From NCBI GenBank assembly GCA_012295275.1, contig CM022671.1, positions 27,404,001 through 27,468,000 of the forward strand: a DNA stretch of 64,000 nucleotides. Direction: 5' to 3'. The stretch's first letter is position 1, and every line of letters starts with the position of its first letter. This DNA comes from Chrysomallon squamiferum (taxonomy: Eukaryota; Animalia; Mollusca). Positions 1 through 15,500 of this stretch are shown here, piece by piece. The translations under genes and the position numbers were made by a program. The notes under the pieces are model-generated. The model was given only the letters and a program-made list of their open reading frames with translations. It had not been told where the DNA came from and searched no databases.

Positions 1-3000
1 CGCTGTGAGAGTCTACATTCTCTGTGGGCATCTTTACATTACCATCATTTGGACCGAAGAAGCCACTAAGAGAATACGTCATGCCTTTAACTTGCTCCAA
101 AATACCATTCTCGACATGACCGTAATGCAGTATTTTTCCATCTGCTGGGCTAGTCTGTAAATAGGAATTAAACTCACTTTCACCAATTAGCATAAATTTA
201 CTTATTCAACTCTGCATTTACAATTCGAAAACTGTAATTTTATACTGTGTCTCCGTGACTTATGTAGATGCAAATGTGTGTGATTTAGCTTTTTTTAAAA
301 CTAAATACTGAATATTGTTATTTCTTTGTGATACAGTAAAGGGTGTGCTCCAATGTACTGATCAACCTATGTAAATAAGTGACATACCAGTATGTGGCTG
401 CCGTCCACAACTCGTGCATCAGGTTTTAATGTCCGTCTGAAGAATTCTCCAAGATTTCTGTAGTCTTTCAGATTCTCCACCTGAGCCTCAGCAAGATTGA
501 CATTAAACATCCAGATATAGAGGCCAAGAATGGGCTTGCGTAGAAAGACAGGCAGTGAAATGTCGTTAAACTGGCCCCACCATCGAGACATTGTTTTGAG
601 TGGCATTTTTCTGTACAGTGTAATCTGCAAGATAAAAAGTAAAATAAAAAAAATAATAATAATAAAAAAAAATAATAATAATGTTCTTGTATCTTACACA
701 TCAAAAATATAGCAATTTAAAGAACAAAACATTTTCTTATTTAGAAAAAAAAAATTATAGAGTTCATTTTTTATGTGTTCTTAAATGAAACTCTCAAAAA
801 TGATCCACCAGATCTCTTAATAAATATCTATTTCTCAAACTGTATATTATTACAGAGAAATAATAATAATTAAGATATAAAGTCCTGGTAAAATGATAAA
901 AATAAACTTTTAATTTTGATATCAAAACATAAAATTTCACTAAATAAGCTCATAAAATCCTTTCCAAAATATAAAAAAAAATAATAATAATAATAATAAT
1001 TAGACACATCACTCTACTTTCTCTCACTTTATTTCTTTCAAATTTCAGCAATAACACAGGTTTTACACATATTTACAAATACATTCACCAAGAACTCATC
1101 AAAGGCTAAAAATTAATGAAATGCAGTATTGTGTCCTTTATATAGTTGGATTACATGTGGTGGTCCTATCATCATGGTACACTGTTGAAGAAACATGAAA
1201 CATAAATCATCATCAACACAAAACATTCTTACCATTCTGTTTAGATGTCTGTGTGACAGATACTTTTTAGATCCATCACTGAAACGGTAACCATATTTTT
1301 TTCTTTTATTATTCAGTGATCTGTGAATTTCTGGCTTTTTCCTCCAGTTCAAAGTATTTTTGTATTTTGAAGGAAGAAACCCAGAAGAGGCAGGTTTCAA
1401 TCTTTTCACGTATTTCCAAACACGAAATTGATTGAAAACAATTATTTGCATTTTCAAGAATCCACCTGCCACTATTAGCACAACTGTGACAGAAAACATA
1501 TACAAATATTCCATCATTAACATTTTTGGTTTAATGGTCAAGACCAGTTTTCCAAAAAAAAAAAAAAAAAAAAAATTAATGTTCGTTATGAAAGGAAAAA
1601 ATATAAATAAAAGTCGCCCCCAAAACAAATTAATGATAAATAATAAATAAAAAACAAAATAAATAAATAAAATAAAAAATAAAAAATAAAAAACAAAATA
1701 AAATAAAATAAAATAATAAACTAAAAACAATTCAGAAAATAACAAAATTGGTAATAAGTTTTGTTACAGCTTCAAATCAAATTAAGGGTAAAAAAACAAA
1801 ACAAAACAACAACAAATAACCCCCCCAAAACCCCAACAACCTATAAATCCCAAACAAAAAAACAACAAAACTTAATGGCAAGATTAAATGTTAAAACAAA
1901 AAGATTTCAAAATGAATGAAGTACAACAGCAAAACAGTTTTAAAAGAAAATTTTGTTTTGTCTCCCTTTAATGAACAACAAACCAAGAAGACTGTTTGAC
2001 TGATTACAATAACAACTTCCAATAGGATAAATTGCTGCATACACCTACTGAATCACATGACACAACTTTATCAAAGATCATGTTCTCCATTTTGAAAGAT
2101 AAATGTATTCAAGTGTTTCATAACTATGCTTTACAAATGCAAACAGACACAAAAAAATACAGGAGGCTAGAGTGTGGTTAGGGCTTAGCTTATGATAACT
2201 AGTGTACAGGTATTAATTAAACTGAAGCAGATATTTGGTAAAGTAACTAACTATAAGTGTTAAAAAAAAAAATTAAAAAAATATTACCTATTCCACCAAA
2301 CAAATATGCAACCAATCAAACACTCATAATAAAAGCATTGATTATAAAAAAAAGTATTGAAAAAAAAAAATGTTTTAATAACAAGAGAATAATTGAATGA
2401 ATTCAGTTTTAACGTAAAAAAAAAACAACCTAAAACAAAACAAAAACAACAACAAAAAAACAAAAACAAATACCACCCAACATTTTTCAGGCCTTCACTT
2501 TTTGTGCATGAAACTGTAATGACAGAAAATTTTGTTTACAAAATGCAACTGTTTACAAATATGTACTGATATAAAGGCTGGACACTGAATTTAATACTGG
2601 CAGTTGCTATGTAAACAAGATAGCCGTTGGTCAAGCTTACATCATTATTTACTTGTGTATGTACCTCAGCTGACCAAATGAGTGGGCTGTTGTTTAATAG
2701 TAAAGTAATATCTATCTCACTGAACCTATAGGATTGCAATCCAATCCAAGGTCCTATGCCTAGAACATAAAGAAACTTGATTTGTTTTTCTCTATAAATG
2801 ATCATGGTGGTCATTTTGAATAAAGCTTGGCAGTAGTTTTAACTTTAAGACAAAATATATAACATAAAAATAAATATATATATGTAAAAATAAAAAATAA
2901 AATTAAAATTAAAATTGAATATGAAATATTTAATATTCCTCTTAATGTTTAGGTGATCTATCCATGCAGGAGAACATTCAATACAACTATACACATAAAA

Positions 3001-6000
3001 CAAAATATAATTAGACAAGAGATGTTTGATACAGCAACAATAACATCAGAAAGAGAAAGGTTATCTTTAAGCTTTTTTATTTCAGATAATGGACTGTCAA
3101 CTTGGTGATGCTGCAAGAAGGAAAGTTACGCATTTTGTTTTCTGTCTCTGAAATCTAAAATTAAATAACAAGCAATAGTAAAAACTCATGTGTTGTATTA
3201 CACTTTTTCACAGAGAACAGTCAATTTGTTCAATTTTTAATGTAATTAAATTCCTTTTTCACTCAAATCCACTTTACATACTAATGATACACACTATCTC
3301 TAATTCACCAATCTGAAGTCAGTGTTGTTAACAGAATACTCCTGATATCTTCCTTTATGATTAAAACAAGCCTTTAAAATACAGAATTAGATAATGTAAC
3401 CGAGCCATTCTAGTCACTGGTACAGCATACTTACACATAAAAAACAACAACATTATAAACCCCCAAAACAAAAATGTAAAAGTGACTTCTGTGATATAAA
3501 CAGTTAATATGCATTTCTATACATCATAATACATTTGTAATTGGAAGAAAAACATTATTATTAATAAAGATTGATTACAGAAAACAGGACAGTAATTTGA
3601 AAGTATAAACACTAGATTTTTTTTATATGAGTCACAAAAGGCAAACAAAACATATTATTTATTTTGTTATTGAATACATATGCAACTTATGCAGCAACTA
3701 TTTTTTATTACATAATTCTTAAATCTTCAAACAGTTTAAAATTACTATGCTTAAATACCTACTGCTACTAGCTTTATTTAAAAATATAAATAAACAATTA
3801 CAATTCAAAATACAACACTAAGATAAAAAAAAATAAAAAATTCAAACGTTTTGTTCATTTAAAATACATTCAAATATCTATTTCATCATCACTTTATTAA
3901 AATCATGTAAAAAGATCCAGGTTTAAAGATTTTAGGTGGAACTTACTGCAAGGTTTGTGAATCATTTGGTGTCATCTTTATTAGCTTAGTCATCATATAA
4001 TCTACATTATAATAGTGCAGGGTTACTTGAACCATACAAAGATGTAAATCTAAGTTCATAACCTGATACCTAAACTTTCTGTTTAGTAATATGATTTTGT
4101 ATAAGATCTTTTAAAGATGTAATTCATGATTTGATTTTATGTTTTGTTTTTTCCAAATGTGAATCCTGTTAATACGGAAACAGTTTATATAGATTTCCAA
4201 AGATAAAAGTGTGAACAATTATTTTGTCCTCAGACATTGTATATAATAACAGGATTCACATTTTTGTGTGTAGGTGTAACTAAAGCATTTAAAGATTTAA
4301 TCTCAGTTGAAGCTCACTTCTCTAGATTTGTATAAAACCTTTAAATGTGTGCTTCACAACAGCTTGCTCTGATTAGCACGTTAATTTTTTTCAGTCAGTC
4401 AAGACCCAGTTTTATAAAAATGTTTAGATACTTAATGAAAAATTCACCAGTGTCAGTACTGTTATCTTTAAATTATCAGCAATTTTATGAAATACATTTC
4501 CAGATAAAACTGCATCTTCTGTTTTTATTTAACCAAATATCCTATTAATATGTTTTTAACATATACTATCCACAAATGCAACGTACTTCAACTGTATCCA
4601 TTATCAGTTAGATAATACACCTTTAATACAAATATATTGTAACAGTCTTTCTAAGCAAATGTCAAATCTATTTTGTAATCAAGTTAATAGGAATTTTGTC
4701 AGGAAATTTCCAAGTTGTGAAATGAATGCTGGCCAACAGAAAATTCTTTGTGGGTTAGTGCTAGGGTTGGAAGAAAGAATATGGCATATTTCAGTATTTT
4801 AAATAATAATAATAACAATAATAATGATAACAAAATTTGTAAAATAAAATGCCAACTAGATCTAATTCTAAAATAATTTAAATTTTATTTTGAGATATAA
4901 ATATTCTAATTCCTAATAATAAATAATAGTAATAAATGTGTGGTTCATCTCTAAAATAATGAGCAATTTTTAAAGGATTGTTCAGAAGAAATATTAAATT
5001 AAAATTGTTAATATCATTAGAGTAAATACATAAATTTTTTTCCTTTTGCATTTTAACATTTTTTTATTTTTTTTATGTATTACTATTGTTTAATTTTTTT
5101 AAATTAAATTTTTTTTTTTTTTTTTTTTATGGAATTCAACTTATATATGAGGGTTCTTTAATTAAAATTTTGTTATAAAAAAAAATAAAAGAATAAAGAT
5201 ATTCCTATCAGGTGAGGAGAAATGTCATATGACTGTATTAAAGGTCATTGCTGTGCCCACACAGCTCTTTTCTCAGCCGGCAGGGGAAATTTCCCTTGCC
5301 GCAAGGACACATACTACTAACAAAATAGCATAAGGTAGCTGATAAGAAAAATCAATTGTTCTTTATTAAATGCATAAACTCTATCTAGATAAATTCTGAA
5401 TAATTATGCTAACTAAACATTTTCCAGTTTTTATTTGAGTGCATCAAGAAAGTTTTATGAGCTAACAGAAAATCAGATATTATAATAGTATGTATCATAA
5501 ATTCATATTTTCTGTATATTTTATGACATTTTCCATTTAAAATAATGCTATTAAATTTAAGATGTTATTTACTTCAAAAAGGGAATTATATATTTTTTTC
5601 ACAGCTTTAGGAAAGGCTAATTAAAAAAATTAAACTATGTTATGTTAGCATAAATCCAGTTCACCCTCAAAATGTATTCAGTTATGTTTTTATTAATATG
5701 GAATAAAATGCATCAGAATACAGTATGTTATATATTTTTTTTTATTTCTGCTTATCAAAATTATTAAAGGGCAACAACTATTGTCATGAGTTTATCTTCA
5801 TCCAGACTATGAGCTTCTGAAATAGTAAATAAAACACACTCAATCACACGATCACATACACACACTGTGATACACAAAATGAAATAATTCTAATATGAAT
5901 TCACTTTAAGCCTAATCAATTAAGTCAGTGCAGACAGATTTCATTCACATAACAGTTTTTGTAATTTATATAAGGAAAACACTAACCTATATAATTAGAT

Positions 6001-8480
6001 TCAATGTGTCTGTACAGAAATTAACTTTTTTAACTCTACCTATATTTTAATAAATGCTCAGTACTCATGAAACATTTGTGATGAAATTTACAGGAATTCC
6101 ATTCAGGCTTTGAAATGTCAAAATGTAAAGAAATATTTTAGTTGTTCCTGTTTGCAGATGCAGTCTGTGCTGTGGACAAAACAATTAATTAATGTCCCAA
6201 CCTATATTCCACAGTATAAAATTGGCTGGAAACATAAATGGAAATGGAAATAAATGTTGACAAGCACTCTACATGACAACAATTCTCTATAGTAAGAATG
6301 AAGCTAGACAAGGATACCAATGAAATTAGAAGACTTGTACATTACTGTATGTAAAAAGTGATTAAAAGCTAATACTACTAATAAAGGTAACATCTGTATT
6401 TCCAATCAACTTATATTCTTGACCACATGATAAGAAACCCAAATTTGGATTTTTTTTTAGACAACTACATCTTTACGTATTTCTAATTAATTCTCAAACA
6501 ATAAACACTTTCTTGGATAGACAAGTAAGATCTAAGATTTCTGGATAATGTACTCAACACATACATTAGTGAACCTTCAAATGACACGACTGTCTGACTG
6601 ACTGTAACGTACCTGCCAATTTTTAGCTGTCTTGTTATCAAAATCTGGGATGTGCATCTGATGATATACATAATAAGCTAAGGCTCCAAAGCCAAGTGGA
6701 AATGCCATCCAATGTACCCGAACAGGTCTAATGTAGCTTCTGGTTTTACTTTCTGAAATTAAATAGAGTAAACAGTTGATAATATAACACGTTTTTCTGC
6801 ACTAGATACTGAAAATATAATTAACATATTGCATGATATGAAGTAAATGACACTTATCACAACACCAATATAATGAATTCTTTTTAATAAGAGTTTAAAT
6901 ACCATGAAATAAATGCATTATTCTGTGAAATAAAATATATATTTGGAAACAAGAACACAATACCTCCAACTTCTTTTGGGACTATCATTAGTGACCTTGG
7001 TTAAAAAAAAAGTTATAATAACTATTATTATTAATTATTAAAAAAAAAAATGTTTACAGTTGAGGGTGCAGTAACTTTTTGTGGGCAAATTTTTTTTCAT
7101 TTTGTCAACTATCAAATCATAACAAACAGCTATAACATAATAAAATAAAATAAAATAAATTCTGGTAAAATAATCCAGTTTAATTATTTATTTTTTGAAA
7201 AGCAACAGAAGAGCTAATTAATTTTTGGTGGATAATGAATGTTTAGCGATTCCTAAGCCTTTACTGTAATTAAATTTACTATATTTAAAATATATGATTT
7301 GTGTTGTAAAAGGAAAATTACTTCTCTTTCTGAATAAAAGTATGAAATCTTATATAAAATCCTTTCTCAAAGACTATAAAGTGAATTACTTTGCCCTATT
7401 GAAAATGAGGCATACAGCACAGGCTGAATTGGTGAATAATCAAAGAGTTCAATGAGAAGGACTGATCTCTACAAGTTTCATATATCTGGTTTGAGCTAAA
7501 GCGATGCTTTTATTATTTATTTATTTTCTAACAAAAATTTATTTCATAAGGATCCCTGTGAAATATAAATACTGCCAGTTAAATGCAATTCAGTGGTTCG
7601 AATGTTGTTCATTATATATTAAAATTAATTCCTTCAGCCTGAATGCTACTGTGACATGGACACACTTCTTAATAAATAAAAACCAGCACCAGCAACTCTT
7701 TACTACAACGATAAAGAAAACCCTTGTGGCCAACAATAACACAAAATTCTATTTGCTAATTTCACTTTTCATGCAGGTGAATTTTTACCTGCCAAAATTG
7801 TCTCCCTCTATTATGAATGGATACAAACTGCAGAACAGAAACAAAAATATGTGTATTCCAAAAATATTTGAGATTTCATCAATTTGTAAGAGAAACAATG
7901 AGAAGGAGACTGTAAACAACTTTATATTTAAAGTGAATGTATTCTCTCCCTCAAAATCGAAACATGATGTATTAATTTGAGTGCAATAAAATATATAATC
8001 ATAAATAAATGAAAGAACAGATTAACTTAAGATTCACAAACTTGAGAATTTTCACATCAAGATGATTTTTATCATGGCTGATGTTTTTCACACTATAATT
8101 TGTGCACATACTGCAGAACTACAATCACTTAAAATAATGTTTTCAATTTCTAAAACAATCTGCAATACCTGCCTATTGCAAATTTATTACTGCAATATAG
8201 GAATGGATATTGCTATGATTTACCAAAGAAACTATTTCTGTACAACACTAATTTGCTTCTTTTTTTTTTTTAAATAATAAATACGGTATTACTGTGTTTA
8301 AAATACTTAAAAAACAATATCTTTAAAGCAATAACACTAAAGGGAGATAATTGTTAGGAGTCAGAAAAATGAGAAAAAGTTGAACTTACTCTGTTGTGTG
8401 AAACATCGTTTCTGCTGAAATGGTGATAATGTCAGACGTGTTGAAGTTAGAATACACCTGTTTACTGCTATGCACTCCAT
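1..8480 (-). CDS. PISD: Phosphatidylserine decarboxylase proenzyme (mitochondrial), 5' part; exons 8390-8480, 6613-6752, 388-624, 1-154; continues off the window
   Basis: Spliced translation [31 protein letters not shown]|[29 protein letters not shown]...AKNWQ|[17 protein letters not shown]...[20 protein letters not shown]|[23 protein letters not shown]. The SPADG, EQVKG and FFxR motifs are typical of PSD type I. GT-AG sites and phases are consistent. The first coding exon is less certain. Confidence 0.93.
1233..1483 (-). CDS. PISD: Candidate alternative N-terminal exon of PISD
   Basis: Open, K/R-rich frame ([31 protein letters not shown]...HRHLNRM) with acceptor ttttctgtcacag and donor ATG|gtaaga. 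It ends in phase 0, in frame with exon 388-624, and has an internal ATG at 1451. Confidence 0.55.
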
Positions 8481-10092
8481 TTTGTGCTGTTATTTCATTT
8501 AAAATATGAAAAAAGAAGAAAAAACCTAATTTCAATATATACTTTTTGAATTTTTTTTTATTAATTAATAATTAATATTGAATATGTTGCAGATAATTTG
8601 CATATATTTGTTAATTGTAATAAGCTGTAATATAAAAACAAAACATTATCTGGAAATGTACTGCAACATTTTTAACTGGTCATCAGATTTTAAATTATAT
8701 TTGGTGCTTTAATTTAACAAATATTAGTAATCTTGCAGTTTAGTCTATGCCTTGTCAACAGACATTTTACTGAATATTTTGCTTTGATTTATTATTACAA
8801 AATACAAAAAGGTCACATTAAACTGATTTTTCTCACTTTTGCTTGTCAAAATTATAAATTCAACCAAGTTTTTTTTTGTATCATAGAATCATTTTCCAAC
8901 AGTATTCTTTCAAATAATTCCTTAGTTTAAGAAATCCTTTTAACACTATTAAAATACTGTACACAAAACATTATGACAAAACAACAACCAAACAAAACCC
9001 CAGAAAAAACAGATAGGCTTCGCTGGCCCTTTTTTCATTTAAAAGCAAGAATCAAAGTTGATTTTCACTAACTGAATGAATCATTTGAAGCACTTAACTG
9101 TAAATAGCTGTTATAAATTAGAAAGAAATTTTGGTTCATTTGACACACCAAAGTAAGCTAAAATGTTGTTTATTTTTAGTTCTTGTATTTTTTTTAATTT
9201 TTTTTTATTGTTTTATAAAAGGATATTTTCCTTATTTCCAGGAGCAGCAGAAGAAAAGTTTTGGTAAAACCACTGTTGGGAAGGCATTAGTATATATAAG
9301 CTACACAATTATATTTATATTATTTTATATCATATTATCATTCAACACATTAAAGTGTTTAATTAATAAATATTATTTCTGAATGTATAGCATCTTTGTA
9401 AATAAATTAATTTATTCATGCTGTTATTAAAATAATTATGATGAAATCTTTCATTTAATGTTTGACATCAGCCTAGATTAAGTTAACCGAAGACAACGGT
9501 TTACTGGCAACTAAAACTATTATATTACTTCATATTATCAAAAACATTTGCCAGTAATTTTGATTATTATTCACTGAACGGAACTAAAATTACAAAATGG
9601 TTGATTTCTGCATATTTACAAATACAACTTGAAATTCAGTAGTTAGACTTACAGAACAGTATCATTTTGACAGCAAGGCTAATAAGAACAACGAAATTAA
9701 TTTTACTGCTAGGATCATTACATTTTCGCACTCATCTTACCTGGTTTAGAGCTAATATTATCTAATAGACGACAAATACCCTCATGGATGCTAGGAACAT
9801 TAAATATAAAATATAAAATAATATTACAATCACTGAATCAGTGCTCGCGAAACACTAACTCGATTGCTTACATATAAGGGACATAACTCTAATCTGAAAT
9901 ATATTGAATTGCTCTAAATGTAAATTCAGACAATTATTTTGTAGTCATAATCAAATGTAATTTAAGATTGTAACGTTTTCGTATTGTTTATTATTATTTT
10001 TTAAATGTAATATATTCTACTTTTACGACTACGACCTTTCTGCTAATACTGTTAGTAGTAAATACCTGAAAGTTTGTCCTAGTTGTGGATAC

Positions 10093-10147
10093 CTGTTAGG
10101 TAAAGGTGGAATTTACGAATAAAGAAGATATGTCGTCTGCTGCTCAT
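10093..10147 (-). CDS. Candidate alternative first coding exon of PISD (MSSRRHIFFIRKFHLYLT, presequence-like)
   Basis: ATG at 10147 encodes an Arg-rich peptide without acidic residues. Donor ACAG|gtatcc is phase 1, compatible with exon 6752 or exon 1483. Short and speculative. Confidence 0.3.
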
Positions 10148-12538
10148 TATTGAACGTCTAGGTCAGTAATTCAGACTTTTTATTAACAGTAAGCTCGTTT
10201 CCCCACTTTCATCTGTATTTATTATTTAATATTATATAAAACTAACTTATATAATAAAAGGCTGATATATATATATATATATATAATTAAAGAAAACGAT
10301 GCTGTTTTAAAATTTTATCCTATGTTCTGAAGTTTAGGGGTTTGAAATGTTGAAAAGGTATTTATTTCTAATATTATAATTGAATAATGAAACTATTATT
10401 ATATGTAAATGATATCCTGGAACAAAATAAATAATAATATATTATCATCAGTATTTTATATGGAAGTGGAATTAAGCTTTTCATTACATAGTAACATCAT
10501 ATCTTGGAAAGTGTGTGTATTTCCAAACAATATTACAAGATTTCGAAAGATTGCTATGCAGTTCTAAAACAGATCATATTATTTTGCTATCAGTGTTAAA
10601 TTTCAAAGATTGTTTTTAATCAAATATAAGTTATCACACAGTCACATTTACAGAATTTTGCTAAATTTTCTTTATTTTATTAGTCATATAGCTGTTCACC
10701 TGACATTAGTTAAAGAGAGAGTATAACATCAAGCAGTTTCTGAAGTCTGTTTTCATTAGGGCCTATATAAAATCTGATTCATAAAATGAAAATGTTTTAT
10801 TATGTCCGACGAAATGACAATTACAAAGACAGCAGAGTGTGAGATCATTTATTAAGTTTTAGGAATATTACTAGACATGAAAAAGAGAGCCACAACTTCT
10901 GATTTTGGACCGATTATTAATTAATTGTTTTTTATAGGCATCATGCTAACATGACAAATGCATGAAACTGGCAGGTATTTTGAAATGTTGACCTCTAGAA
11001 ATATAGTTAATCTTAAAGAAATTTGAGCCAAGTTTGCCACAGTGGCTAAGACCCTTTTTCTCCTGATGCAGGTCCTGTAATCACTGTAAATGATATTAAT
11101 GTTTTTCTAAAAACATATTCAGGTTTATAAAATAGGAAAATGTATTATTTTATATGAACCGTTAATCATATACCTGTTTTAAGCTCCTATTAGTTATGAA
11201 CTACAGTGAATATATTTATAATACATGTTCTTATAAAGCCTGAACAATTCTTACTACAGATTACAATTTTAATACAGTTGCTGGAATTCAACAATTCATC
11301 TTACTATGGCTCTCAGCTCTTGATATAGTTTCTTGTGGAGATTTAAATTAATATATTATAGTATCAGGTAGAGAATACTTCTACTGAACATGGGTATATT
11401 AACAATTTTTGGTTGGGGATAGGTAAGATATGTGAACAACATTTATGTAAGCTGTTCTGATTTGTTAATGTAGCCAGAAACATATATGCTTAACTCTGTT
11501 GATGCAACCAAAGCTGTAACTTTTGGAGGGTGTCTGTACCCTCTAAATATACCAGTGCTTCTGGCAGTATGTAGTTCAGTTAAATTGATTGATTAATAAA
11601 GTACTGCATTCTCATACTGAAAATCCTGGTCCAAATTTCTGTAATAAGGCAAGTAGTATACTGTGTTGATTTGAACACAGGGATATTAATGATATTTTAT
11701 GTTTCTGATTATTGAAATGATAATAGGTTAAGAAATGAATTATACCAGTAAATTAAAAAACATTTTTTTGGGAGAGCTTTATATTTTTTAAAATTTATGA
11801 AAATTATGAAAATGAATTGGAATAAATTATCTAGAGAAGAAACACATGTTTTGTAAAGTTATTGCATTTTTAAAATACGAAGTTTTAAGTTACAATTTTC
11901 AAGAAAACACTACTGATACAGAACATTATTGTTTGAAATAAAAACTCAAAATCATTTTAATATAGTTTGAATTTTAATATAATGATATCATATTTCATTT
12001 ATTTAAATGAAACATAAATATAAAGTAATACCAGGATATTGCTGTAGATGTAAAATATGTAAAACAAATAATAAATAAATTAGCAATAGTCTATCACAGA
12101 TTCATTAAATATACTTTGCTTATTTATACCTGTTGTATATTTAAAATTAATATTATTTATCACAGTCATAAATCTTTGTATTAAAACAGTTATATATTTC
12201 CAAAAAATTTAATGGTATATTATTAAATACAGTGTTACTCAGAATATAACACTAAAAAAGCACGTGAATAATATTACTCTGTAAATAATTTACTTTGAGG
12301 TAGTTATGATAAGGCAGCAAATGTTAGATTGCCTGGATATATATGTAAATTTGATATCCCAGAATATAAATCAGGATATTTAATAAAGTTATATAATACA
12401 GATGTACATAGTTATTCAAAATACTTTTACAGATATATTAATTTAAAACATCAAATGTCCAGTTTTACAGTTAACACATTTTGACACTGTGAAATTATAA
12501 AGTATTGGAAACACACACACACACACACACACATCATT

Positions 12539-15500
12539 TTACTGAGATATACTTTCATCTTCAGTGTCAAAATCATATTCATCATCATCATATTCTTCAT
12601 CTTTTTCCTGATCTAAATCATCAGGATCATTCTCTTTATCAGCTTCTGTTGCTAACACCAGGCTAACATTCAACACTGAAAAATCAAAACAAAAAAAAGC
12701 ATGATGTTTTGTACCTTACCCAATTTGTATACATTTATATTATTATTATTTTATATTTTGTTTCTTCGTTAAATAATCTAAATATTGTGGGTGTTCTTTT
12801 AAAATATGAATAGTCATAGATGTGCTAAAATTACCATGGCTTTTCCTAAAAATGATGAAATTGGTACTTGATGTCAAATAAATAACAAACCTTCTTTTCC
12901 AAATATTTCTGGAAAATCTTTCAAGTCAGAGTATCCAGTTGGCTTTCTGTTATCTGATCCTCCTTTCAATTCCCAAACAACAGGCCTTGAACGATTCTTT
13001 ATGAAGCCAACTATATGATAGCCATCTTTTGTTAGCTCAACCTCATGAAGCTAAATAAAATAACAACAGTATTCAGAAACCACTCCATTTATAAATAATC
13101 AAAAACATTTTAAAATTAATCTTCACCTCGCTTTTCTTCCCTTCCCAAAAATATAACCCTCCAAAAAAACTGTTTTTTTTCTCTACTTCCAAAAAACAAC
13201 CAACAAACCCCCAAAAAACCCCAATTATGTATGTTTGGAAATAGGCACATATATATTTATTTCAATATATTAATTTGTATAATTGATAATAATCCAGTTG
13301 CATTCCTGATCTAAAATGTTCACCTACTGATATATTATACATTCATATTTCACTGAATCTTACATCATAATCAGGTGAGTATGAAGCTAGCTGTTTCATT
13401 GTGTTCTTCTCCAGAAGTCTGAAAGTATTATCTTCTACCCAGGCTCCATATGTTAAAATGTAAGGGCTTTCTGGAACAACACTGATAGTGGCACTACCCA
13501 TGTGCCCCTCAACTCTTTGCTTTATTAAGCCTACAACAGAATGGGAAAATGTTTGAGACTGATGGAAGAATAAGGAAAAGTACATCAAATATATTTTTGA
13601 AGAATATTGTAATATCTATATAAGTTAAATAGAAAATGAAAATGTAGATAATGTAAAAAGTAAATACAAATCATGAATAAAGAGACTTGTTTTCACATTT
13701 AGTTCTGATGAGATTGTTATTTGTAATGGTAATAATACCTTTAAATTGAGTAATGCAAGGATTTTATATACGTTTATGTTAATAAAGCTGTAGGATGTAT
13801 GATGCATTCAAAGCATATTCAATTCATAATTCCATATTGTCCACCAAAAAAAAAGAAAAATATATATATATTTTTTTACCTGTTTTGATATCATACATGC
13901 GCATTATTCCATCATTCAGATTAGCCAGCACTGTATTATCATCCATCAAGACAAAAGACTCTACTCCTGTGTCCAGGTCATTATTCTCAGTATTCTGATA
14001 TTTAATGTAATACTCCACATCTACCATTTCTGCTGCCATTTTGTCTGGGAAGAGATATAATTATACCTTTTCATTTTGTTGGAACATATTGCAAAGTATA
14101 CATATATAACTAAATATTAAGAACAAATTTATTAAAATTTGATTTAAAAGTCAACCAACTCTAGTAATGACATTAGTTGTAGGGTAAGGTGGTGTTATTT
14201 TTGCTGTGTGGTATTTCTGGCTTGCAAGGTATGTTATAACTTACAGCTAGCATGCTGCTCTATCTAGGCTTCTGATATGTTATTGATATCTCTCATTAGA
14301 ATAAGATGTAGGAAATCAACATTTACACATGGGGTATAGCAGCCATGAAAGTAGTGAAAACAATAAAGTACATTTCAAAGTTTGAAAGATGAATATTATT
14401 TCTTTTGTTCTGTAGGCATAATGTTAGTAATAACTTATAACAGGTAAAATATAAAGTCAGTTATTAAATTTAGCAGGAAAAAAATACTTGATTGTAGCTG
14501 GTAACTAGACAAGGAGTATGTTTTGTTTACTGCATCACTTGTGGATATTCTGGTCCCCAAGCATGGAGTAAACCTGGCCCCTCTATGTGGTGTGAAATCA
14601 ATAATTTTGGCATTGACAGTTCATTCAATTTTGGATTTTTTAAAAAGTTGATACACTTTAGGATTATGACCTTGTAAAGCAACAGCATTATTTTAACCTA
14701 GTAATCCCCACTGCCTTAGCATGTCCAGAATTACAAGAAAATTGGCAATCAGTACCAGTACAGTGAAGCCAGCATGGAAGATGCCATTTATGCAGCTGAG
14801 ACTAATTATTAATAGGAGACAATGATTATATAGACATAGGATTAATCAGTATAACAAATTTGATAACTCTAATACATATAGGGGCCAGATTTACCAAAAA
14901 ACTATTTTTAAAGTGGTTCCCATTTGAAAAGTAACGGCATTATGCATTTAATGTTTGGGTGTATTAAAGAAGAAATACATACATAACACATTATTTACTC
15001 CATTTTGTTGTTTTCTTTTGTCGTATGAAGCTGTAGGTGAGGTTGAATCAAAAAGAGTGTCAGTGGTACCCCCATCTTAGCCTAAACATTTTTACAGCAT
15101 TCTGTTATCAGCTTTTACAAAGTATTATTAAAATGATCAAGAAACAAACTTTTAATGCAAAATCCAATTTAAACAAAAATCTAGTTTAATTGTGCTAAAC
15201 CTATTTATGGCAGGTCAGTGCTAAATTATTTTAGCAACAGGAAATATCTTTAAGATCATTCATAATACAAAATTTATCATTTGTAAGACAAAAAAAAAAA
15301 AAAATAATAACACCATAAAATGACACATAAATCTGATTCATACTTTTTGTGATATCCCATGAAAACAAAATATATTCATCTGTAGTAAGCTGTGTTCCTT
15401 TTGGAATTTTATTTCCTGAGAAGATTAAGTATTTGCCATTATCAGTTATTAATGCTTGGTCCATGTAGATACCATCAACTAAACCAACAACATCTGCAGT

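Noticed and set aside
7504-7980. 158-aa plus-strand ORF in a PISD intron
   Set aside because: AT-rich composition, no domain and no clear splice context. Likely a chance ORF.
14535-14625. ggtccccaagc...acctggcccctctatgtggtgtg, reminiscent of twister or HDV-like ribozymes in retroelements
   Set aside because: The required pseudoknot pairings could not be built. At best a decayed repeat.
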